IMG/VR virus record: IMGVR_UViG_3300021960_000027
Location: 32,001 to 96,000 of that record
Reading direction: 5' to 3' (one strand)
DNA length: 64,000 nt
Source: a virus
Below, piece after piece: positions 17,558 through 26,896 of this stretch (positions are counted from its first letter, which is position 1; each line of letters begins with the position of its first letter). A model generated the notes under the pieces. That model made no database searches. It had not been told where the DNA came from and worked only from the letters and a program-made list of their open reading frames with translations. The position numbers and the translations under genes were made by a program.

Positions 17558-18142
17558 ATGGCTCTTAAATTAGTTCATGCAGGTCAAAATAATAATTTGA
17601 CCATGACGGTCACTTCACAAGGTTCTTCCTTGGTAGTTGTCAATTTGACTCCCGACTTTGGTCAAATGCTTCCAAGTGGCAGTTCTTTTAGTAACAGTAT
17701 TGCTCTTGATCGGAGCAAGGGTGCCGATTTCAACGTCAAGTATGTTTTGGACATTCTTGAGAAAGAATTGCGAGCAGTTTTTTCTAAAAACGAAGAGGGT
17801 TCAACGACTGCCTCTCGCAAAACTTCAGCACAGGCCGACCAGTTTTATCAAGACCTGTTCGTCACCGCGATGGAGGGTGGAGTTAATTTTTGGGCAGAGG
17901 TACAGGACTACGATCCGAGCAATCTTACTGCCACTCTGATTGACCTCATGGACGGGAAGAAGTACGAGGTAAATCGTTCAACTCTTCTTAAAGGGTACAA
18001 GTTGGCTCAAAATACTCCTTCTCACTGGTGGTCAATCGACAACAAGCCCCCAATGATTCCTAATGAAGAATGGGATTATGACGCTTGGGATGCCAACCTC
18101 GTTGTTCAGTTGGGTCTGTTTGAAGACATGGTGTACGGCTAA
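17558..18142 (+). CDS. Two-module hypothetical protein with ASRKTSA linker
   Basis: AAGGA RBS; C-terminal module TAMEGGVNFWA..YDAWDANLVVQLGLFEDMVYG resembles a standalone phage protein. Confidence 0.7.
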   Translation: MALKLVHAGQNNNLTMTVTSQGSSLVVVNLTPDFGQMLPSGSSFSNSIALDRSKGADFNVKYVLDILEKELRAVFSKNEEGSTTASRKTSAQADQFYQDLFVTAMEGGVNFWAEVQDYDPSNLTATLIDLMDGKKYEVNRSTLLKGYKLAQNTPSHWWSIDNKPPMIPNEEWDYDAWDANLVVQLGLFEDMVYG

Positions 18143-18144
18143 CC

Positions 18145-18387
18145 ATGTTTACTGCTCCCCGTCCATCTTTTTCTGGGGAGACAGCATGGCTAGGTTTAAT
18201 TGCTTACGTCTTTGCGTATGACATCATTGCGCTTAGGTCTGGAAGGTCAACGTTAAGCGCGGCGTTCTACAACGGTGTTCAAAAGAAGCATTCTGCGTTT
18301 CTTTTGATCTTGGCGTGGGGCGCACTCACAGGTCACCTGTTCCATCTCATCCCCAGAAAGTACGATGTGTTCCACATCCTTGATTGA
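18145..18387 (+). CDS. Small two-TM membrane protein
   Basis: Two hydrophobic helices (AWLGLIAYVFAYDIIAL; AFLLILAWGALTGHLF). Confidence 0.65.
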   Translation: MFTAPRPSFSGETAWLGLIAYVFAYDIIALRSGRSTLSAAFYNGVQKKHSAFLLILAWGALTGHLFHLIPRKYDVFHILD

Positions 18388-18392
18388 TTGCC

Positions 18393-18527
18393 ATGAAGTC
18401 GTTTATCACATTCAAAGTTGATGCCCCGAAGAAAAAGCGTCCCGGCGTTCACGCCAAACGCGGTCAATCAGCAATGCCTGCATCGAAGAAGTACAAGAAG
18501 AAGTACCGAGGTCAGGGGCGACCGTAG
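18393..18527 (+). CDS. 44-aa basic peptide ending KKYRGQGRP (not in ORF track)
   Basis: Translated by hand: MKSFITFKVDAPKKKRPGVHAKRGQSAMPASKKYKKKYRGQGRP; fills the gap after the membrane gene. Confidence 0.65.
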   Translation: MKSFITFKVDAPKKKRPGVHAKRGQSAMPASKKYKKKYRGQGRP

Positions 18528-18528
18528 T

Positions 18529-18774
18529 TCAGCGTAAGTGCCTTTCGATGCATTCACGACAACAGCGGGGATGAAGATCACCTAGCCGAGTTCCCTTTTT
18601 ATGGATAACTGGCGATACTTCTGTGTCAAGCCGGAGGCTCTTGTTGCACCTTGCGTATCGGTCTTTCCCAACCATGTTGACAATGTGATATGTTTCGTCC
18701 CAGTGGGATGCAGATGCCCAACGAGAACGTTCGGCAGGTAGAAGCCGAATCTGTTTGTAAGTTAGGTCGTTCAT
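18529..18774 (-). CDS. Hypothetical protein, possible Zn-binding (H..C..CxxC)
   Basis: Fills gap; divergent from DinG; TTGACA upstream on minus strand. Confidence 0.55.
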   Translation of the reverse strand: MNDLTYKQIRLLPAERSRWASASHWDETYHIVNMVGKDRYARCNKSLRLDTEVSPVIHKKGTRLGDLHPRCCRECIERHLR

Positions 18775-18842
18775 AATCCAAAAGTTTGATAGAACATTCT
18801 TGATCTTGTCAAGCGCAGTTAGTAGCGACTACCAGCAATGAT

Positions 18843-18871
18843 TTGCACATAGGGTCTAAGGGGGGTAACAT
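18843..18871 (+). promoter_or_regulatory. SigA-type promoter giving a probable leaderless dinG mRNA
   Basis: TTGCAC-N17-TAACAT, then 7 nt to ATG 18879 with no SD downstream of the -10. Confidence 0.5.
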
Positions 18872-18878
18872 CTTGACC

Positions 18879-20813
18879 ATGACAACCGCCGAACTCGTTT
18901 CATATCTTGATGCAATCGGCATCATCGCCAACGCAATGCCAGTCTACGAAGAGCGACCAGAGCAAAACCAACTTGCTCAATCTATTGAATCTGCGCTGGC
19001 AGACGAAGTTACACTGATCGCCCAAGGCGGGTGCGGGGTCGGCAAATCATTTGCCTCTCTTCTTCCAGCAATCGTGTCTCGCAAAAAGACTGTGTATGCA
19101 ACAGCGACCAAGGCTTTGCAAGATCAAATCGCCAACAAAGACTTGCCGTTCCTCTCCCAGCATTTCGATTTCAACTTTGCAATCGTCAAAGGTAGGTCGA
19201 ACTACGTCTGCATGAACGAAGTTCACAACTTGGACGACGAGTTATTGAAGTCTTCAGTCCTGAATAGCATCGAATCGAACCCAGACATGGAGGGTGTCGA
19301 AGCAGACTTTCCGAACATTGATATGGGTGAATGGAAAGACCTCACCGTTTCTGCCGAAGATTGCCTTGGCTCTGCCTGCCCATTTTTTGAAAATTGTTTT
19401 TCAGAGCGTGCCCGTCAGCGAGCAAAGACTGCCGACATCGTTGTGGTCAATCACTCGGTGCTTGTCTTTGATGCGCTCGTCGCTTCTCTGGGGGTGACCG
19501 CAAGCGGAGAGCGGTTGGGCATGATTGGCGATTACGACCAACTTATTGTTGATGAGGCTCACGAACTTGAGTCATACACAACGAACGCTCTTGGGTCGTC
19601 GCTTTCTGAGGGGACATTCTCTCAACTGTGTTCTTCGTACAACTCTGCGATGCATCGTGTTGATGAAGATGTGTCAAAGAGCGTTGGTCAAATTATGGAC
19701 TTGGTAAAGCGACTGTTTAAGTCTTTGCCAGAGGGACGGGTTACGTCTGAGTTTGCTGAAACCAAGCGCGGTCTTGTTGAGGAACTTTGCGAGTGCCTGA
19801 CTAACTCGGCAGAGAAACTTTCTCAGTCAGTACCTGTCGGTGCGCCGTCAACTGTTTCAAATCGCGTCAAGCAACTTCGGCGCAGGTTTGATTCGGCGGT
19901 GCAAAAGTTGCGTTTCTTTATTGATGGTGACGACGACAAGATTGTTCGCTTTGTAGAGATCGACCGAAACGAAAACGCCCGACTTGAAATTAAGCCCATT
20001 CACGTTGGCGAGTGGCTTAACGATTTTGTGTGGAGCCAATGCACTCCTGTTTTGATGTCTGCGACAATTCTTATCGATGGGTCACCGACATACATCGCTG
20101 ATCGGCTTGGAATCGAATCTGGTCGTGCTGTCGATTCTGGTTCTCCGTTTGATTGGAGCCGTCAAGGAATCTTGTATGTTCCGTCAACTGACGATATCTG
20201 TGAGCCACTTGGTGAGCGAGTTGCCAACTGGCGACAGCAGTCAATCAAGGTGATGGGAGAATTGATTGAAGAATCGGACGGGGGTGCGCTCGTCCTCTTT
20301 ACTTCGTACACAGATATGAAGAATGCGTATGAGGCTCTTGCTGATTCGATTCCTCACCGAGTCTTGATGCAAGGTGATGCTCCTGTCGTTCAACTTGCAG
20401 ACGAATTCCGCAAGGACAGGAACTCTGTTCTGTTCGCTACTCGCTCGTTTTTTACTGGCATGGACATTCAAGGGGATTCTCTCCGTCTTGTCATCATCAG
20501 CAAGATGCCGTTTCCCGTTCCAACTGAGCCGGTGTTTGAGGCTCGCTGTAGCCAGATTGAGCGAAACGGTGGCAACGCTTTCTTTGACATGTCTATCCCA
20601 GAGATGTCTCTTGTTCTTCAGCAGGGGTTTGGTCGGCTGATTCGCTCAAAGAATGATGACGGAGTCGTCGCCATTCTTGATCCTCGCCTGAAAACAAAGC
20701 GGTATGGCTCAACTGTACTGCGCTCCCTTCCCCCAGTTTCTATGACATCAGACCTGAACGTGACCAAGGCATACCTTCGCTCACTGTCGGGAAAAGATAG
20801 TTCTATGATTTGA
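18879..20813 (+). CDS. dinG: DinG/XPD-family ATP-dependent helicase
   Basis: RPEQ Q-motif, GCGVGKS, TKALQDQ, KGRSNYVC, Fe-S Cys cluster, DEAH, SAT, LFTSY, QGFGRLIR..DDG. Confidence 0.9.
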   Translation: MTTAELVSYLDAIGIIANAMPVYEERPEQNQLAQSIESALADEVTLIAQGGCGVGKSFASLLPAIVSRKKTVYATATKALQDQIANKDLPFLSQHFDFNFAIVKGRSNYVCMNEVHNLDDELLKSSVLNSIESNPDMEGVEADFPNIDMGEWKDLTVSAEDCLGSACPFFENCFSERARQRAKTADIVVVNHSVLVFDALVASLGVTASGERLGMIGDYDQLIVDEAHELESYTTNALGSSLSEGTFSQLCSSYNSAMHRVDEDVSKSVGQIMDLVKRLFKSLPEGRVTSEFAETKRGLVEELCECLTNSAEKLSQSVPVGAPSTVSNRVKQLRRRFDSAVQKLRFFIDGDDDKIVRFVEIDRNENARLEIKPIHVGEWLNDFVWSQCTPVLMSATILIDGSPTYIADRLGIESGRAVDSGSPFDWSRQGILYVPSTDDICEPLGERVANWRQQSIKVMGELIEESDGGALVLFTSYTDMKNAYEALADSIPHRVLMQGDAPVVQLADEFRKDRNSVLFATRSFFTGMDIQGDSLRLVIISKMPFPVPTEPVFEARCSQIERNGGNAFFDMSIPEMSLVLQQGFGRLIRSKNDDGVVAILDPRLKTKRYGSTVLRSLPPVSMTSDLNVTKAYLRSLSGKDSSMI

Positions 20814-20838
20814 CTCTGTCACACCCATCCTGTACTAT
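20810..20838 (+). promoter_or_regulatory. SigA-type promoter
   Basis: TTGACT-N17-TACTAT upstream of AAGGAG RBS. Confidence 0.65.
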
Positions 20839-20868
20839 TTGAATATGACACAAAAAGGAGACACCAGC

Positions 20869-21534
20869 ATGAATGCAACCACCGCCATCGAAGCCGTCGA
20901 AAAGGGCACGATTCCCTTTGGAGATTTTCTCCGTACGGTCGCTAAGAAAGAATCATCTGTTGAAACTTCTGTCGACCTTCCTTCACCAACGGTCATCTCA
21001 CCTGAGGTTCGTGCAGAAATTGTCAAGTTTGTTTCTGAAACTCTCGGAAACGGAATCACCCCATCTGAGCGTCGCCCGCTGACGGCAGAAGAAGTGGTGT
21101 CGCTCATGGAAGAGCGTTTGATGATTGACAAGATTGATTCAATCATTAAGGATCGCAAAGACTCTCATCGGAGTGCAATCTTCAACCACATGGACATTGA
21201 AGACGAGTCCGTTGGCAACTTTGGTGAGCGCGACAGCAAGGGTCATCTCTTGAACAAGTCCGCTGTCATTGCAAGTGGCACTGGCAAGAAGTTCACCCGT
21301 GAGATTCGTACCTCATCTCCTTCGCTCTCTGCGGAAGACCTTGAGCAGATGGTCAACGACCCATCGGTTGATTTCACTCACGACGACTACCTTGCCTGCA
21401 CCACTCAGGTTCGTGCGCTGGATGAGGCAAAGGTTTTGCTTCACCTTCGCAAGCGTCCAGAAATTGTTGACGCTCTTGCAAAGGCGACAAAGGTCGGCTC
21501 GCAAACGAGCGCACTTTACGTTCGTAAGGGTTAG
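20869..21534 (+). CDS. Hypothetical protein
   Basis: Own promoter, AAGGAG RBS and downstream terminator. Confidence 0.75.
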   Translation: MNATTAIEAVEKGTIPFGDFLRTVAKKESSVETSVDLPSPTVISPEVRAEIVKFVSETLGNGITPSERRPLTAEEVVSLMEERLMIDKIDSIIKDRKDSHRSAIFNHMDIEDESVGNFGERDSKGHLLNKSAVIASGTGKKFTREIRTSSPSLSAEDLEQMVNDPSVDFTHDDYLACTTQVRALDEAKVLLHLRKRPEIVDALAKATKVGSQTSALYVRKG

Positions 21535-21567
21535 TCCACTGGCGACATTTGTCGCAGTGCATTATTC

Positions 21568-21618
21568 TCGGCGTAGTGGGAGGTGTTTCAGTCTTCTACC
21601 TCCCACTACGTCGATTTT
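21568..21618 (+). terminator. Stem-loop, probable intrinsic terminator
   Basis: tcggcgtagtgggaggt/acctcccactacgtcga 17-bp stem followed by tttt. Confidence 0.55.
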
Positions 21619-21641
21619 GTAGATCAGTCAGTGAGGGAAAT

Positions 21642-22004
21642 GTGAAGTCAGTAGAGCGGATGTTGATTCAGCCAGAGGGCATTGATCCATCCACCATGAT
21701 GTTTGAAAGTTTGTCAGAATCAGCAAAGCAACCGACGTTTACTACAGGAGAGGTTGCAAAATTATTCTTCGGTCGTTCAGTGCATTGGTTTCGTTGGAGA
21801 ATTCGTAAGGGCGACACCATGCTTGATGGAGTAGAGGTTGAAGTTCATCGCGATGAGTCAACAAAGATTCGTGCATACTCACTGAGCGACATTGAGAAGA
21901 TTGCTCACGGGCTGGCATCCAACAGTGCTATTAGCCCAACTCAACTGATTCAATGCCTTCGCATTTTGCGAGCGCAGGGAATCCTTCACGATTTAATTTA
22001 TTAA
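21642..22004 (+). CDS. MerR-like HTH DNA-binding protein
   Basis: FTTGEVAKLFFGRSVHWFRW..RAYSLSDIEKIAH; GTG start chosen downstream of terminator. Confidence 0.65.
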   Translation: MKSVERMLIQPEGIDPSTMMFESLSESAKQPTFTTGEVAKLFFGRSVHWFRWRIRKGDTMLDGVEVEVHRDESTKIRAYSLSDIEKIAHGLASNSAISPTQLIQCLRILRAQGILHDLIY

Positions 22005-22014
22005 GGAGAAGCAG

Positions 22015-22590
22015 ATGGTTTCAGAATCACAGAAGTTGCCCGGACCGAGATGTAGAGAAATGGTTGACGGTGGTGTCATGTCATTTCCATGCATGCTTGA
22101 CTTGGGGCACATCGGTCCGCACGAAGCAGTAGAGGTTCCTGCGTCTGGTCGTCGTCGTCAACTTTGGCTTGAGGAAAATGTTTCTGAGCAACAGCCTGTT
22201 ACCGCAAGTCAGCCACAACAAGAACAGCCCAGCCCTAGCGTGGACATTAGGCAAACGGTCATTGACCTTTTAATGAATGATGCCAGTGTTCGTCAGATTG
22301 CTAACGGAGAGGTTTCTCATCCAGTATTAGACATTGAACACATCAACCCACAGCATGTGCGAGAGCAGGCTGTTATGGCTGTCCTCAATAATCGTGACAT
22401 TAATGCTCTTCCCGCGGCAGTTTCTTCTTGGGCGACGGGTATGGTTTCAATGACCAGCCTGTCTGCACTTTGGATGATGGCTCAAGAACACTTTAACAAT
22501 GGGCACTCCGCTGTTGTTTTAACAAAGGAATTCGTTGAGAAACTTGTTCCAACACAAATTCGACCAGCACAAACTGACGAAGGAGAATAG
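22015..22590 (+). CDS. Hypothetical protein with N-terminal C..C..GHxGxH metal-binding motif
   Basis: AAGGAG RBS; CREM..CMLDLGHIGPH. Confidence 0.65.
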   Translation: MVSESQKLPGPRCREMVDGGVMSFPCMLDLGHIGPHEAVEVPASGRRRQLWLEENVSEQQPVTASQPQQEQPSPSVDIRQTVIDLLMNDASVRQIANGEVSHPVLDIEHINPQHVREQAVMAVLNNRDINALPAAVSSWATGMVSMTSLSALWMMAQEHFNNGHSAVVLTKEFVEKLVPTQIRPAQTDEGE

Positions 22591-23006
22591 TGAAACATTT
22601 CGACACTGAGTTAGACAAACAGTCTTCTTACCGCCGAGTAGTCGAAAAGGAAATCGTTCAGGAAGTAAAGCCTGAGCCACAGATCAAGCAGTCGTTTGTT
22701 GCGCCCAGCAACTCTCAGACTCACGCCTTTTCTCATCCAGAACAATGGAACTGGGAGCAATTACGAGATTACGTTGTGTCTCAAATTGAGCAACGCTTTG
22801 GGGCATTCCCACGCGATCCGGTAGTAGAAGCATCAATCTTTCGCTCGTTCTACGGTCGGTGGAAAGAGAAGTCTGGATTAATTGCTGTCGCGGCATTTGA
22901 GGCGCATGGTGGGTACTGGCGTTCTGCCCCGATTACGGTCAGTCGTTTTACCAAGGGTTCGGATGATTATTTTGCAAGCATCATTGCATCTAATATTTCC
23001 GCATGA
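22590..23006 (+). CDS. Hypothetical protein (possible replication initiator partner)
   Basis: Coupled directly upstream of DnaC-like gene. Confidence 0.6.
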   Translation: MKHFDTELDKQSSYRRVVEKEIVQEVKPEPQIKQSFVAPSNSQTHAFSHPEQWNWEQLRDYVVSQIEQRFGAFPRDPVVEASIFRSFYGRWKEKSGLIAVAAFEAHGGYWRSAPITVSRFTKGSDDYFASIIASNISA

Positions 23007-23830
23007 AACTCGCCCCAATCCCAAATCATATTTTGCTTCCGTCCGACATGGAGTTGAGACGGATTGCATCCAACCATCGGATTCGCAAACCAGATGACTG
23101 CAACACTTGTGGTGGTCAAAAGACTTTTAGGTTTTGGAACGAGGACAGAACAGAGGTAGTTGACTGGGAGTGCAACTGTGAGGATCAGTATGTTCTCTCG
23201 TTGTATTTTGCAAGCCGTGGAATTTCACGCAGGGACTCCACCATTTCTTGGGCTGACATGACCGCAGTTCCACAGGCAGGCATTGAGTGGCGAAACAATT
23301 ATCTTTCAAATGCAGATGCATTTGTTCGCAATGGGTTTGGTGCCGTTCTTATTGGTGATTCAGGAACTGGTAAGTCTGCATTGGTCAATCTCATGCTTCG
23401 CACACTGATGTTTTTGGGTTACGACGGATATTTCATCCGTTACCCATCTTTGCTTGATTGGGTTCCAAAGACTTGGCAAGACGAAGAGGAAGACCACTTC
23501 TTTAAGAAGAGGGTTGTTAACGCTGGGGTACTGGTCATTGATGACTTGGGTGGCTCAACTTCAGAGATTGAAAAATCTTCCCCAGAGTTTGCGATGAGGG
23601 CAATCGACAACATCCTTCGACATCGACTGAGCGTAGGCGTTCCAACATTTATTACATCTCGCCTATCGGCAGACAAATTGCAGTCAATCTTTGGTCAATC
23701 AATCAGCGACCTCATTCGTGAATCATCCAGCATTCATGTTCTTCGTGGAGAATCTTTCCGTCATACGGGGGAAGACCCGTTTGTTGCTGATATCAAGAAT
23801 GGTATGTCTCGTCCGGTGGTGTTTGGCTGA
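23003..23830 (+). CDS. dnaC: DnaC/IstB-like helicase loader
   Basis: N-terminal CxxC..CxC, GDSGTGKS, LVIDDLG, PTFITS; upstream of DnaB. Confidence 0.8.
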   Translation: MKLAPIPNHILLPSDMELRRIASNHRIRKPDDCNTCGGQKTFRFWNEDRTEVVDWECNCEDQYVLSLYFASRGISRRDSTISWADMTAVPQAGIEWRNNYLSNADAFVRNGFGAVLIGDSGTGKSALVNLMLRTLMFLGYDGYFIRYPSLLDWVPKTWQDEEEDHFFKKRVVNAGVLVIDDLGGSTSEIEKSSPEFAMRAIDNILRHRLSVGVPTFITSRLSADKLQSIFGQSISDLIRESSSIHVLRGESFRHTGEDPFVADIKNGMSRPVVFG

Positions 23831-25137
23831 TGGCAACACAGTTTGAAAAGGTTTTCATTCAGCACCTCACAATTTCAGAGTCGATGGAAAAGATTGTGGA
23901 GATGGGCGTTTCTCCAGATGTCTTTGTCGATCACGAACTCAAGGCAATCTATTCATTCGCACTCCAGTATTGGCATCAGGATCATTCGGGTGGTATTGCT
24001 CCATCTTCGGATGCGCTTAAGACTCACTTTTCAAACGTGCTGGCAGAACATGAGATTGACGTTGAGTACGAGCCAGAAGATTCTTTGGAATGGTCGGTAG
24101 AGGCTCTTCGTGGTTCCTTTATTGACCGTCAGTGGCAGTCATGGGTGCGTGATTTTGCTACCGACATGTCAGGGGCAGACATTCTTGATAAGCCTGAGGT
24201 TTTGACCGAAGCACTTGACCGTCTTATGGGAATCCAAACTGCAATGTCACGAAAGACAGAGCAGGTTGACATCAGGGACGGCATGTCAGACAGGCTTACC
24301 GAGTATCTTCGTCGTGAGTCCGAGCGGGGCAACAATGTCATTCGTGGCATTCCGTTTGGAATGGAGCAAATCGATTCTCATACAAACGGTATTCTTCCCG
24401 GGGAACTCTGTGTTCTCGCGGCCGGTCCGAAAACGGGTAAATCGTTTATGCTCCTTTATTCAGCACTTCAGTATTGGAAGGCTGGTGGAGTGCCAGTCCT
24501 TTTTACGCTGGAGAACTCTGTTGAGATGACGCAAGACAGACTTGCCTGCATGGAACTCGGTATTGACGCTCGTCGTTGGAATCGGGGAGAGTGCGACGAA
24601 GGTGAACTTCAAAGAATTCGTGAGTGGACAGATGCTCTTCGCAACTCTGAGCGACCATTTTGGATTCTCCAGCCTGAACCCGGAAAGCGGACGGTCGACT
24701 TAATGATTCGTCAAGCGCGAGTTCTTGGCAACGCCGCGTTCATTGACCAGTTAACTTTTGTTGATGTACCAAAAGCAAGCGACCGCTCTCCACGGCACAT
24801 TCAAATCAGAGACATTCTCCATGACTTAAAGTCGATTATTTCTTCCGGCAATCGGATTCCATGTTTGATGGCTCATCAGATTAATCGTGAGGGAGTAAAG
24901 TCAGCAGAGCGAAGTGGGAAGTTGGAGATGTACCACTTGGCAGAATCTGCTGAGGTTGAAAGAACTGCCGACTGGGTTTTTGGACTTTGGCAGGGCGAAG
25001 GTTTGAGGCAGGCTGGTCGTGCGTACATCCAGATGCTCGCGGCTCGTCGTGAAGACCTTGTCGATTGGGAAGCAGTTTGGCGACCTCATATTGGTCAGAT
25101 TGCAGTCCGTGGTCAAGTAGATTTGAGTCAGGTGTGA
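23830..25137 (+). CDS. dnaB: DnaB-like replicative helicase
   Basis: AGPKTGKS, FTLEN, FIDQL, HQINREG, LAESAEVERTADWV. Confidence 0.9.
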   Translation: MATQFEKVFIQHLTISESMEKIVEMGVSPDVFVDHELKAIYSFALQYWHQDHSGGIAPSSDALKTHFSNVLAEHEIDVEYEPEDSLEWSVEALRGSFIDRQWQSWVRDFATDMSGADILDKPEVLTEALDRLMGIQTAMSRKTEQVDIRDGMSDRLTEYLRRESERGNNVIRGIPFGMEQIDSHTNGILPGELCVLAAGPKTGKSFMLLYSALQYWKAGGVPVLFTLENSVEMTQDRLACMELGIDARRWNRGECDEGELQRIREWTDALRNSERPFWILQPEPGKRTVDLMIRQARVLGNAAFIDQLTFVDVPKASDRSPRHIQIRDILHDLKSIISSGNRIPCLMAHQINREGVKSAERSGKLEMYHLAESAEVERTADWVFGLWQGEGLRQAGRAYIQMLAARREDLVDWEAVWRPHIGQIAVRGQVDLSQV

Positions 25138-26156
25138 CAAAATTTTCTCACCTTCCTGATGGCGAGAAAAAGCGTCTTTGTCTTGACCTGTTGCGTGAAT
25201 TCAACGCAAAGAACATTCGTGAATCGGGGGATGAGTTAATCCATTCCTGCCCTCTTCCATTTGGCATGCACAGAAATGGCGACTCAAATCCTTCAGCATC
25301 TTTGAACTGGCAGAAGTTGGTTTTTAATTGCTTGGGGTGCGGTGGCAAAGGCTCATTGCTTTGGTTCATCTCTGTCATGCGCGGAGAATCCACCGAAGAT
25401 GCAAGGGGATGGCTTTCCGCTCAAACTGGAGTAAACGGTGTTCAGGAAATCGGTGCGTTGATGCAGTTTCTTGATTCATTGAATGAGTCACCAGAGGATA
25501 ACGACCACTCGGTCATGCCACGCTACAACTCTCGTATCTTGGAACCGTGGCTGGTAGATCACCCATACTTTTCTTTTCGTCGCCTGCCAGAACAAAATGT
25601 CAAAGATTCAAAAATTGGATTCGATGGCTCAAGCATTATCATTCCACACTTCTGGAATGAAGAACTTGTCGGCTGGCAAGCAAGACGGTTAGTCAAGGAT
25701 CAGGGACCGAAATACAAATCGACCCCAGAGTTTCCACGGGATAGAACCCTCTACAACTACAATCGCCATTCAGACACAGTGGTGGTAGTTGAGTCTCCAA
25801 TGTCTGTCATCTCTAAGCGTCACCTCTTCCACCTAGAGGCAACATTTGGCGCGGCAGTTACCACTAAACAATGTTCTCTTATTGCAAACCATCGTGGTCG
25901 TATCATTTTGTTTTTTGATAACGATGAGGCTGGGTGGAAGGCAACAACAACGGTTGGTGATTGGCTTTGCCAACGTCAAAGCAACGTGTTCGCCGTTGAC
26001 AATCCGTACGCGGCTGACCCTGCCGACATGAGCGATGAGATGTTCAGCAGACTTGTATCAAATAATGTAGTACCGTATGTTCTTTGGAGCAGACCGTCTA
26101 GTTTAAAGGAAATGGATGATGGGTTTCACCAAGTACAGTCGTGGGAAAGTTCTTAA
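25134..26156 (+). CDS. dnaG: DNA primase (Zn finger + TOPRIM)
   Basis: CPLP..H..D.NPSAS..FNCLGCG; PKYK; VVESPM; FFDNDEAG; DPAD; GTGA overlap with dnaB. Confidence 0.85.
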   Translation: MTKFSHLPDGEKKRLCLDLLREFNAKNIRESGDELIHSCPLPFGMHRNGDSNPSASLNWQKLVFNCLGCGGKGSLLWFISVMRGESTEDARGWLSAQTGVNGVQEIGALMQFLDSLNESPEDNDHSVMPRYNSRILEPWLVDHPYFSFRRLPEQNVKDSKIGFDGSSIIIPHFWNEELVGWQARRLVKDQGPKYKSTPEFPRDRTLYNYNRHSDTVVVVESPMSVISKRHLFHLEATFGAAVTTKQCSLIANHRGRIILFFDNDEAGWKATTTVGDWLCQRQSNVFAVDNPYAADPADMSDEMFSRLVSNNVVPYVLWSRPSSLKEMDDGFHQVQSWESS

Positions 26157-26259
26157 GAGTGAAGAAGAGTCATCCGATAATCAGGATGGATCAGAGCAAG
26201 AAAGACTCCAAAGAATTACGGATGCTCTTGCAGAAGACGGCGAGGGAACAGAGGACTGA
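26116..26259 (+). CDS. 47-aa acidic protein overlapping primase end (not in ORF track)
   Basis: AAGGA RBS then MMGFTKYSRGKVLKSEEESSDNQDGSEQERLQRITDALAEDGEGTED in the third frame. Confidence 0.45.
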   Translation: MMGFTKYSRGKVLKSEEESSDNQDGSEQERLQRITDALAEDGEGTED

Positions 26260-26884
26260 ACCCTTTCTTGTTGGGGGTCAGCCTTGGTTTTCTTCCAGCA
26301 CGGCAATAGAGCCACTTAGATTTGTTTGGGACACCAATAGTTTTTACAGAAGGCTCGGTGTTGAACCCAGCGCAACCCGTGGAGAAATTGGCGTTGCGTA
26401 TCGCGATAATCCGAATCGTGATGATCCCTACCTAACCCATATTGCCAAGACTCTAGTGGATAAGAGCATTAGGCTTCGTTACGACTGGACTCCACTCGGT
26501 ATGTTCTGGTCAGACGACCAACGGCTACAGCACGCCATTGAAGAGGCGTTAGATCAATCCGGTGAAATTGAATCCCTAGAAACTGCAACGGGGAGTGTTG
26601 CAGAGTGGGGATTTTTTGTTCTTGGAGTTGACCAAAACGATGTAGAAGAGTCTTCTGTTGTGCTGTGGCGAAGTGCGGTTATTGAGTGCCTATCTCAATT
26701 TACTGAAGTACCTCCCATCGCTGTTGGGATTGGGGCGCAGTCTTCCGACCCGACCATTGTGGTTCGGGACAAAAGAATTATTTTTTTCGCACCGAACATG
26801 CTTGACGATCAACTTGCTAGGCAGTATGCTTCAGATGTCGTCGCGTCCGTGGCGACAATCGACCCAGAATCACTCACCAATTAG
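26222..26884 (+). CDS. J-domain-like (DnaJ-like) protein
   Basis: WDTNSFYRRLGV..ATRGEI..AY..L.D...R..YD J-domain pattern, canonical HPD absent; start uncertain (track start 26141). Confidence 0.55.
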   Translation: MLLQKTAREQRTEPFLVGGQPWFSSSTAIEPLRFVWDTNSFYRRLGVEPSATRGEIGVAYRDNPNRDDPYLTHIAKTLVDKSIRLRYDWTPLGMFWSDDQRLQHAIEEALDQSGEIESLETATGSVAEWGFFVLGVDQNDVEESSVVLWRSAVIECLSQFTEVPPIAVGIGAQSSDPTIVVRDKRIIFFAPNMLDDQLARQYASDVVASVATIDPESLTN

Positions 26885-26896
26885 GGGGTAACCAAC

